In this document: piece after piece, positions 8,250 to 15,555 of the stretch
How positions within the stretch are numbered: position 1 is the first letter of the stretch
How the letters are laid out: each line of letters opens with the position of its first letter
Source of the DNA: Candidatus Limnocylindria bacterium
GTDB taxonomy: Bacteria; Chloroflexota; Limnocylindria; QHBO01
Direction of reading: 5' to 3'
DNA length: 61,744 nucleotides
Assembly (NCBI GenBank): GCA_030146365.1
Contig: JASLBU010000234.1
Coordinates: 1-61,744, forward strand
Made by a program: the position numbers and the translations under genes
The notes under the pieces: generated by a model
Told to the model about the DNA's origin: nothing
The model's database searches: none
What the model saw: only the letters and a program-made list of their open reading frames with translations

Positions 8250-9931
8250 CAGTCGAGCCCGCGCTTCAAAAAGGCGGCCATCTGACCGCGAGTGACCAGC
8301 GCGCTCGGGCAGTACCGGTCTGTGCCGCAGCCACCGGTGATCCCCGACTTCGCCAACGCGTTGATGGAGTTCTCGTGGAGGTTGCCCTCATCGTCGGTGA
8401 AGTAGTCGGTGGTCGTCGACGACAGCTTCAGGGCCCGTACCAGGAAGCTGGCCATCTGTGCACGGGTGACGTTCGCTCGAGGACAGAAGCGAGCGGTGTC
8501 ACAGCCTCCCGTGACGCCCGCCGCGGCGAGCCGGTTGATGTCGCCCTCGTGCGGGGAGGAGTCGTCATCGGTGAAGAAGTCCCGCGTGGTGCCCGGCAGC
8601 TTCAGCGCACGGGCCAGGAAGCTGGCCATCTGCTCTCGGGTGACCGTCCCGGTGGGACAGAACTTGCCGCCACCGCAGCCGCCCGTGATGCCCGCGTAGT
8701 ACAGCCACAGGATCTCGTTGTAGAAGCTGCTGTTCGTGATGTCGGTGAACGGGGGTGCAACGACCCGATACAGGCGCCCGCCGTGATCGGTCATGTACAC
8801 CTCGCCGTTCTCGGCCTCGCCGAAGGACGTGATGTTCGCACTGGTATCTCGGTGGAAGAGAAGCGAGCTTCCACCGGCTGCGATGGTCCAGATCCGCCCC
8901 GAGCAGTAGTCACCGAGCACGTAGTGCCCGACGAAGTCCTCCTGGATGGAGCCGCGGTACACGTAGCCACCAGTCACGGCACAGTTGCCGTCAGTGTGGG
9001 TGCCGTACTCGGCGATGGGATCGGTGAATACCTTGCCACTGCATGAAATTCCAGGCGATGGGTCAGTGAACGGATGCGTGCCCTCGCGACAGTCCCAGCC
9101 GTAGTTGCGCCCGCCGCTGGCCGGGGGTTCCCGGTTGATCTCTTCCCAGTTGCCCTGACCGACATCCGCGATCCACAGGTGTCCGGTGGAACGGTCGAAG
9201 CTGGCACGCCACGGGTTCCGCAGGCCCATGTCCCAGACCAGGCCGCCCAGGGGGTTGCCGGGTGTCGTATAGCCGCCGTTCAGGTTCGGTGCGATCCGCA
9301 GCACCTTGCCGAGGGTGATGTCCGGATCCTGCCCGTTCTCATCGGGATCGCCACCGCCGCCGCCGTCGCCGGTGAAGATGTACAGGTAGCCATCCGGGCC
9401 GAAGAGCAGTTGGCCGCCGTTGTGGTTCGAGCGGGCGCTGTGCTCGATGACCAGGATGGGATCGTACGTGGACACCGACGCGCTGGTACCGGCGCCATTT
9501 GCCGTGAATTCGGCGATCACGAGGTCGCCGCCGCCGTTCGTGAAATAGGCGAATACCTTGCGGTTCGACTCGAAAGCGGGGTGGAATGCCAGTCCGAGCA
9601 ATCCCCGTTCCCCGCCGGTGGACAGGCCAGCCGATACGCTGCGGATGTCCAGGAAATTGCCCGCCAGGAGGCGATTGTTCTGGACGACCCGGACGGTCCC
9701 GCCCTGCTCCACCACGAATAGGCGGTTCGTTCCGTCGCCCGCGTTCGTGACGCCGATCGGCTGCACGAGCCCGGACACCGTCAGCTGGATATCGACCTGC
9801 CCGCCCGTGAACGCAGCCTCGCCCGCGCGGGAAGCCTGGGGCGCGGGGGTCGTCGGCAGAGCTGCCGCTGGAGCCGTCGTGGTGAGGACCAGGACCAGCG
9901 TCCCGATCATCGCAGTGAGCTTCCGCATCAT
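8249..9931 (-). CDS. Secreted PQQ-dependent (soluble glucose/sorbosone dehydrogenase-type) beta-propeller fused to a 3x SLH-like module
   Basis: The start MMRKLTAMIG is preceded by GAGGAG and followed by a signal peptide. The motifs NRLFVVEQGG.VRVV, ERGLLGLAFHP, NHNGGQLLFGPDGYLYI.TGDGG, GLRNPWR.SFD and LWIADVGQ..WEEIN match this family. The stop overlaps the LOX start by 1 nt (TGATG). Confidence 0.85.
   Translation of the reverse strand: MMRKLTAMIGTLVLVLTTTAPAAALPTTPAPQASRAGEAAFTGGQVDIQLTVSGLVQPIGVTNAGDGTNRLFVVEQGGTVRVVQNNRLLAGNFLDIRSVSAGLSTGGERGLLGLAFHPAFESNRKVFAYFTNGGGDLVIAEFTANGAGTSASVSTYDPILVIEHSARSNHNGGQLLFGPDGYLYIFTGDGGGGGDPDENGQDPDITLGKVLRIAPNLNGGYTTPGNPLGGLVWDMGLRNPWRASFDRSTGHLWIADVGQGNWEEINREPPASGGRNYGWDCREGTHPFTDPSPGISCSGKVFTDPIAEYGTHTDGNCAVTGGYVYRGSIQEDFVGHYVLGDYCSGRIWTIAAGGSSLLFHRDTSANITSFGEAENGEVYMTDHGGRLYRVVAPPFTDITNSSFYNEILWLYYAGITGGCGGGKFCPTGTVTREQMASFLARALKLPGTTRDFFTDDDSSPHEGDINRLAAAGVTGGCDTARFCPRANVTRAQMASFLVRALKLSSTTTDYFTDDEGNLHENSINALAKSGITGGCGTDRYCPSALVTRGQMAAFLKRGLD
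8252..8749 (-). repeat. 3x SLH-like repeat module (Cys-pair variant)
   Basis: The repeats contain [36 protein letters not shown] and GCGTDRYC..VTRGQMAAFL. Confidence 0.8.
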
Positions 9932-9991
9932 GTCTCCTCGCCCGCGTGGTGCTGTGACCAGCGCATTGTGCGCCGTATCGCATCGTCCGAC

Positions 9992-10018
9992 GCCGTACCG
10001 GCGCATCGGCGGTACGGC
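9992..10018 (-). terminator. Candidate stem-loop terminator after the csaB-glycosyltransferase operon
   Basis: A perfect 9-bp stem, GCCGTACCG / CGGTACGGC, encloses a 9-nt loop. It lies in the 97-bp gap between the GT4 stop (10029) and the next gene start (9931). There is no U-tract, so support is weak. Confidence 0.3.
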
Positions 10019-10028
10019 TCCGACCAGC

Positions 10029-11210
10029 TCACTGGGTCCCGGGCACCCGTACGATCCGACCATACGCCTCCAGCAGCGCTGCCGCTGAAGTCGACCAGTT
10101 GTACTCGCGCTCGACGGCACGCCGCCCTTTCAGTCCCATCGCGCCCGCGGTCGCGGGATCGTCGAGAAGGCGACGAACGGCACTCGCGATCTCCGCCGGG
10201 TTCGCGGTGTCGACCACGACCCCCGCGCCCGACCCCACGACCACGTCTCGGACCTGCGGGAAATCGCTGGCGACCACCGGGATTGCGGCCGCCATGTACT
10301 GAAACAGCTTGTTCGGCAGGGAGTAGCGGTAGTTCAGGCAGGACGGGACGATCGGGGAGACGCCGATGTCCGCCGACCTCGCGTACCCCACCACCTCGTC
10401 CGGTGGCACGGGGCCGACGATGTGGACCCGGTCGGCGCTCCCGGTGGCCTCCGCCAGCGCGAGGAGGTCGTCGGCGAGATGCCCCGCACCGAGCAACACG
10501 AGATGGGCGCCATCGATCGATGCCATGGCACGCACCAGGAACTCGATCCCTCGCCCGCCCATCAAGCCGCCCAGGTACAGCACGATGGGCCTGTCCGCCG
10601 GCAATGTCTCGAGGCCGGGACGCCCGCGGAGCTCGAACCGCCTGTCGTCGCCTGGCTGGTCCGGATAGTTCGGGACGAGGTGCACCACGGGGAGGCGGTA
10701 CGTCACGGCCAGGTGCTCCGCGATGGGACGACTCACGGTCAGTGTGGCCCGCGCGCGTGGCACGGCAATCCGCTCGATCACCCCGTAGTACCCGTTCTGT
10801 GCGCGGTGATAGAGCTCCGAGCGCTGTCGTCTCGGGCGATGCAGCCACAAATCGTGCGCGTCATACACGAATGGAGCACCCGTCCAACGAGAGGCAAGCG
10901 CGACCGGGACGAGCGCGTTCGAGTCATGAGCATGGAGCAGATCCGGGCGGAGGCTGCGAAGGATGCGCGCCAGCCGAACCTCATGCGCCACGAACGAGAT
11001 GCCCGGGATGCGAGGCCCTCGGCGCTCGACCCGGCGCACGCTGGTGCCGCTGCGCTCCTCCACAAGCGGGAGCCCCCGGCCCGCATCTGCCACGACGGTG
11101 ACCCGGTACCCGGCGTCGCGCAACGTGGCGGCCTCCTTCTCGACCCGGGAGTCGTGGGTGTACGGGTTGCGGACCAGCATCACGACGTGCACCGCCCGAG
11201 CCTCAGCCAT
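10029..11210 (-). CDS. Glycosyltransferase family 4 (GT-B)
   Basis: The N-terminus VHVVMLVRNPYTHDSRVEKEAATLRDAGYRVTVV matches the Glyco_trans_4-like type. The C-terminal GT1/GT4 core is YRYSLPNKLFQYMAAAIPVVASD. The ATG at 11210 overlaps the upstream stop by 8 nt. Confidence 0.8.
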   Translation of the reverse strand: MAEARAVHVVMLVRNPYTHDSRVEKEAATLRDAGYRVTVVADAGRGLPLVEERSGTSVRRVERRGPRIPGISFVAHEVRLARILRSLRPDLLHAHDSNALVPVALASRWTGAPFVYDAHDLWLHRPRRQRSELYHRAQNGYYGVIERIAVPRARATLTVSRPIAEHLAVTYRLPVVHLVPNYPDQPGDDRRFELRGRPGLETLPADRPIVLYLGGLMGGRGIEFLVRAMASIDGAHLVLLGAGHLADDLLALAEATGSADRVHIVGPVPPDEVVGYARSADIGVSPIVPSCLNYRYSLPNKLFQYMAAAIPVVASDFPQVRDVVVGSGAGVVVDTANPAEIASAVRRLLDDPATAGAMGLKGRRAVEREYNWSTSAAALLEAYGRIVRVPGTQ

Positions 11211-13248
11211 CCGACCGTCCCGAGGCGCCCGCGAGGACCGCCGCCCACGTCTCGGCCATGTCAGCCTGCCAGCGCTCCAGGCTGAACCGCTCGACCGTGT
11301 GCGATATCTCGACGGGGTCGTAGTCCGGGACTCGGGCGAGGGCACCGGCGAAGTCGCCATCCGAAACCAGCGTGCCGTTCACGCCATCCTGGACGATCTC
11401 GACGAGGCCCCCGACCGAGTTCGCCACGACCCAGCGACCGCTGGCGATGGCTTCGACCGCCACCAGCCCGAAGGCCTCGGTCAGCGATGGAACCAACACG
11501 ACGTCGTGGGCTGCCATGAGCGCGGGCACGTCCGCGTACTCGACCTCGCGCAGGCCCGGACCGATCAGGGTGTCGGCCAGGTCGCGGGCTGCCTGGTATC
11601 CCTTGTGGGAGACATTCCCGCCCATGTACAGGACCCGTCGCTCAGTCGGCCGGGCGGTCGGCCGAAAGCGAGAGAGGTCGGTACCCGGAACGATCACGTG
11701 CGGCGCGACGCCGATGGGCCGCAGCAGGTCGGCTGTGTGCTCCGAGTTGGTGATGACAGCGGCGCTGGACTGCACCACGAGGCGGGATAGCGAGCGCAGG
11801 ACCGCCGACTGTTCGACATAGCTGCGCACGTCCCGGCCGTGTGAGTACACGACCAGCGGCACCCGACGGGCTCGCGCGGCGATGAGTCCGACGAGGCCGG
11901 TCGGGAGGATCATGTGCGCCTCGACGCCGTCGATCCCGGCTGACCGACGCAGCGCATCCCAGAGCAGGACCGCATAGAGCAACGGCCGCGGCATCCCCTC
12001 GCGACGCGGCTTCACCACGCGCATCCCGGCCACGCCGAGTGTGCGTTCGCGGACGAACGTGCCGACGCCGGGCCGTTCGGTGGTGGGCCAAAGGCGCGTG
12101 ACCAATGCGATCTGGGGATATTCGGAGGCCCGGCCGGGATAGGCTCGGACGAGGCGCCGCGCGGCATCCGCCCACCGAAACCGATCCTGCAGCGAGCGTA
12201 GATCGGCGCGCACGGCCGCGTTGTGCTTCGGGTCACGCAGCCGCGCGATTCCCTCGTCCAGGGAGTCGTCGTCGACGAACACTTCTCCGATCCGGTGACG
12301 AGCACTGACCGCGGACAACTCGCCCTGGGCACGGAAGACGAGCGGCACGCTGTTCGAGATCGCGATGTACAGGTTGTTCGGCGCGGCGTGAGCGGCATAG
12401 GGATGGTCGGGCTTGAGGGCGTAGTACAGCGCATCAGCCGCGGCGAACAGCTCGGTCGTGTCAGCGACCCAGCCGAGCAGACGCACGTTCGGGATGCGTG
12501 CGGTGGCCTCGCGAAGCGCTGCCTCTGCATCGCCAGAACCCGCGATGAGAACGATGTCCTCCGGATGACGCCTGGCGTGCCGGATGAGGGGGTCGAGATC
12601 GCGCGAGCCGATGAGGCCGCCCGCGTAGACGACACAGAACTGGCCGCCCAACTCGAGCGACGCCCGGGCGCGTTCGCGATCAACGGTTCTCCGTGGGGCA
12701 TCCACCCAGTTGGGGACCGCCACGGAGCGGATTCCTCGAGCCTCGAAGTACGCCCGGCGGTCCTCGCCCGGCGTGATGACGAGATCCGCGAACCGCGGCA
12801 GGTAGCGCTCGGTGACGCGGATGACGGCGACGAGCCAACGCGGGTAGCGGTGAACGCCCATGAGCGCGTGGATCTCGAATGCGTCGTAGACGATTGCCGG
12901 CCGCCGCCCCGGAAGCATGGGTGCCAGTGCCAGTGCCACGATGAGCATGGGCAGGTCGACCGCGTGGATGACGCGCGGCGGGTCCGACCGCATGAGACGA
13001 AGGAATTCCCGCGCGACGCGGAACAGGAAGAAGATCTGGGTCCAGCCCCGGCTGGGACGGCTGAGCACGCGGATGCGATGGACGTGAATCGGCCCGTCCT
13101 CCGCCTCCTCGGGCCGCTCCCCGCTCCGGTCCCAGGCGAGGACCCGTGGCCGATATCCCGCCTCCGCGAGCGCGTAGCCCGTTCGCCTGACCCGCAGATC
13201 GGGGTCATAGGCCTTGGCGAGCAGGAAGTCGACGCGAGCTCCGCTCAT
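11203..13248 (-). CDS. Two-module glycosyltransferase (two GT-B/GT4-like halves in one 681-aa protein)
   Basis: The N-terminal half starts like the neighbouring GT4s (DPDLRVRRTGYALAEAGYRPRVL). The C-terminal half has VVYSHGRDV and the E-x7-E-type motif PSLTEAFGLVAVEAIASGRWVVA. Confidence 0.8.
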   Translation of the reverse strand: MSGARVDFLLAKAYDPDLRVRRTGYALAEAGYRPRVLAWDRSGERPEEAEDGPIHVHRIRVLSRPSRGWTQIFFLFRVAREFLRLMRSDPPRVIHAVDLPMLIVALALAPMLPGRRPAIVYDAFEIHALMGVHRYPRWLVAVIRVTERYLPRFADLVITPGEDRRAYFEARGIRSVAVPNWVDAPRRTVDRERARASLELGGQFCVVYAGGLIGSRDLDPLIRHARRHPEDIVLIAGSGDAEAALREATARIPNVRLLGWVADTTELFAAADALYYALKPDHPYAAHAAPNNLYIAISNSVPLVFRAQGELSAVSARHRIGEVFVDDDSLDEGIARLRDPKHNAAVRADLRSLQDRFRWADAARRLVRAYPGRASEYPQIALVTRLWPTTERPGVGTFVRERTLGVAGMRVVKPRREGMPRPLLYAVLLWDALRRSAGIDGVEAHMILPTGLVGLIAARARRVPLVVYSHGRDVRSYVEQSAVLRSLSRLVVQSSAAVITNSEHTADLLRPIGVAPHVIVPGTDLSRFRPTARPTERRVLYMGGNVSHKGYQAARDLADTLIGPGLREVEYADVPALMAAHDVVLVPSLTEAFGLVAVEAIASGRWVVANSVGGLVEIVQDGVNGTLVSDGDFAGALARVPDYDPVEISHTVERFSLERWQADMAETWAAVLAGASGRSDG

Positions 13249-14342
13249 TGCCCCGTCCCCGCAGTGAGGATCGCCGTGGCGAGGGAGTCTCTCTGCTCAC
13301 GCATGGCGGCCAGGCGACGACCGACCTCGGACCGACGCCCTTCGGACGCCGCCTCCGAGAGGCGCTCCAGCAGAACCGCCGCGCTGATGTCGGGGAGGCC
13401 GACCACCAGGTCGCCCAGGCCTAGCTGCTCCGCTGCGGCACGCACCTTCTCATCGTAGGCAATCGGCACGACGGGCACGCCTGCCAGCGCCGCGAGCAGC
13501 AGACCGTGCAGTCGCACGGTGATGACACCCGACAGCCTGGCGAGTCGCCCCAGCGCGTCAGCCGGGGTAGGACCCAGGGCCGCAATCGCGAGCGGACGCG
13601 ACCCCTCCGCCATGGCTGCAGCTCGCAGCCGCTCCGTGAACCCGACGTCCGCGCCCCCGCCCATGGTGAGCAGGACCGGCGACCGCCCGACGCCCTCGAG
13701 CATCCGGACGGTGTCGAGGATGACCTCGACCAGGCGGGGCTCTATGGGGGCGTCGGCGCGCGTGGGACCGCGGACGATCAGGCCGACGCCGCCGTCGGCC
13801 CGACGGCCGGGCGGGACGTTGAAGACCGATGGGTCGGGGACGACGCGGGACTGCGACCTGCTTCCCAGCACGCTGGCGCTTGCGGAATCACGCACCGTCA
13901 CGACATGAGCGAACCGGGCCCCGATGCGCGCCAACCAGGCGAGCGTGCGCCGGCGAACCGGCCCGACGCCGACGCCGATCCAGGCCACCTTGGCCCCGGC
14001 CAACCTGGCCGCCAGTGTCCAGCCGACATAGCGAGGGATGACTCCGATCCAGTGGTCGTTGAAGATGCCGCCTCCCGTGAGGAGCAGCATGTCGACTCGG
14101 CGCAGCGCGCGCCATGCACGCGGCGTGGGCAGGTGGCGACTGGCGACCACTCGTTCGGCATCCGGGAACGCCGCCACGGTGGCGGGCAATGGCCCGCTGA
14201 AGACGGTCGTCACCTCGACGTCTCGTTCACGGAGCAGCGCCTCGATCCCGGTGAGAATCGCCTCGTCACCGATGTTTCCGAAGCCCTGGAAGCCCACCGT
14301 GGCGACGCGCAGGGGCCGGTGGCGACGCCCCAACGGGCTCAC
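13245..14342 (-). CDS. csaB: Polysaccharide pyruvyl transferase, CsaB family
   Basis: VATVGFQGFGNIGDEAILTGIEALL, DMLLLTGGGIFNDHW, AWIGVGVGPV and the C-terminal VRLHGLLLAALAGVPVVPIAYDEKV match the PS_pyruv_trans/CsaB pattern. The GTG at 14342 forms a GTGA overlap with the epimerase stop. The longer ORF-track N-extension overlaps that gene. Confidence 0.8.
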   Translation of the reverse strand: MSPLGRRHRPLRVATVGFQGFGNIGDEAILTGIEALLRERDVEVTTVFSGPLPATVAAFPDAERVVASRHLPTPRAWRALRRVDMLLLTGGGIFNDHWIGVIPRYVGWTLAARLAGAKVAWIGVGVGPVRRRTLAWLARIGARFAHVVTVRDSASASVLGSRSQSRVVPDPSVFNVPPGRRADGGVGLIVRGPTRADAPIEPRLVEVILDTVRMLEGVGRSPVLLTMGGGADVGFTERLRAAAMAEGSRPLAIAALGPTPADALGRLARLSGVITVRLHGLLLAALAGVPVVPIAYDEKVRAAAEQLGLGDLVVGLPDISAAVLLERLSEAASEGRRSEVGRRLAAMREQRDSLATAILTAGTGQ

Positions 14343-15460
14343 GCGACGCGCGCCTCCCGGGCGAGGATGTCCACGATTCGGTCGGCGGCGTGTCCGTCGC
14401 CGTAGATGTCCCTGCCCGCTCGAGCCATGGCATCGAGCTCCGCCGGCTCGTCGAGAAGCCGGGTGACGGTCGTTCGAACCAGCTCCGCATCGGTTCCGAC
14501 GATGCGGACGGCACCGGCGTCCACCCCCTCGGGCCGCTCCGTGGTAGTCCTCGTGACGAGAACCGGCGTGCCCAGCGTCGGTGCCTCCTCCTGCACCCCG
14601 CCGGAGTCCGAGACCGCCAGCCGAGCGCCGGCGAGCAGCGACAGGAAGGTGGGATACGGCAGGGCGTCGACGACCATCGCTCGCTGCTCGTCCCCGAGGA
14701 TCGCCTGGACGGGGCCGCGTGCGATCGGGTTGGGATGCGTTGCGAACACCAGGCGCAGGTCCTCGTTCGCCGCAAGCACGCCGCGCAGGGCAGTCGCCAC
14801 GGAGGCGATGCCGCCGTCCCATGATTCCCGCCGATGGGCGGTGGCAAGCAGGTAGGGCTTGTCGCCGATGAACGTCGCAAACGGCTCCCCAAGGTCCGAT
14901 CGACCGGGATTGATGTAACCCAGCGCGTCGACCACCGTGTTGCCCACGACGTGGACGCCGGCGGCCACCCCCTCCCGACGCAGGTTGTCGGCGGATCGCT
15001 CGGTCGGTGCGAAGTGCCAGGTGGCGATCGCCGATGCCACCCGTCGGTTCATCTCCTCCGGAAACGGGTGTCCCATGTCGTGGGAGCGCAGGCCCGCCTC
15101 GACGTGCCCGACCGGGGCGCCGTGGTGGAAGGCGGCGAGGACCGAGCCGAGCACGCTGGTCGTGTCTCCCTGCACGACGACGGCGCGCGGTCGTCGCTCC
15201 CCCAGCAGCTCCCCGACGCGCCGCACCGCCCGCGCCAGAAGTTCATCAAGGGTCTGGCCAGGTCGCATGAGCCCGAGATCAGCGTCCGGCTGGATCGCGA
15301 ACAGCTCGAGCACGTCGCGCACCATGGCGCCGTGCTGGCCCGTCGTCACGACGATGTGCGGAAGATCGGCGCGGCGCATGGCGATCACGACGGGCGCCAG
15401 CTTTATCGCCTCGGGGCGGGTGCCGAGCAGCACGGCAACGGGCGCGACGGGGGTCGGCAT
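14339..15460 (-). CDS. wecB: UDP-N-acetylglucosamine 2-epimerase (non-hydrolysing; MnaA/WecB)
   Basis: VAVLLGTRPEAIKLAPV, VVTTGQH, VVVQGDTTSVL and GHVEAGLRS......PFPEEMNRR are diagnostic. Confidence 0.9.
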   Translation of the reverse strand: MPTPVAPVAVLLGTRPEAIKLAPVVIAMRRADLPHIVVTTGQHGAMVRDVLELFAIQPDADLGLMRPGQTLDELLARAVRRVGELLGERRPRAVVVQGDTTSVLGSVLAAFHHGAPVGHVEAGLRSHDMGHPFPEEMNRRVASAIATWHFAPTERSADNLRREGVAAGVHVVGNTVVDALGYINPGRSDLGEPFATFIGDKPYLLATAHRRESWDGGIASVATALRGVLAANEDLRLVFATHPNPIARGPVQAILGDEQRAMVVDALPYPTFLSLLAGARLAVSDSGGVQEEAPTLGTPVLVTRTTTERPEGVDAGAVRIVGTDAELVRTTVTRLLDEPAELDAMARAGRDIYGDGHAADRIVDILAREARVA

Positions 15461-15468
15461 GGTTGGCG

Positions 15469-15474
15469 AGTATA
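15469..15474 (-). promoter_or_regulatory. Candidate -10 box TATACT for a leaderless wecB-csaB operon transcript
   Basis: The hexamer ends 8 nt upstream of the ATG at 15460 and there is no SD. Confidence 0.35.
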
Positions 15475-15543
15475 GGGAGCACCACGACTCACGGACCGCG
15501 GGTCCCCCCGACCGGTGACGGGCCGTACGACCGCGGTCGGCAG

Positions 15544-15549
15544 TATTCT
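15544..15549 (+). promoter_or_regulatory. Candidate -10 box TATTCT for a leaderless transcript of the Wzy-like gene
   Basis: The hexamer ends 6 nt upstream of the ATG at 15556 and there is no SD. It is divergent from the wecB promoter. Confidence 0.35.
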
Positions 15550-15555
15550 GTCGCC

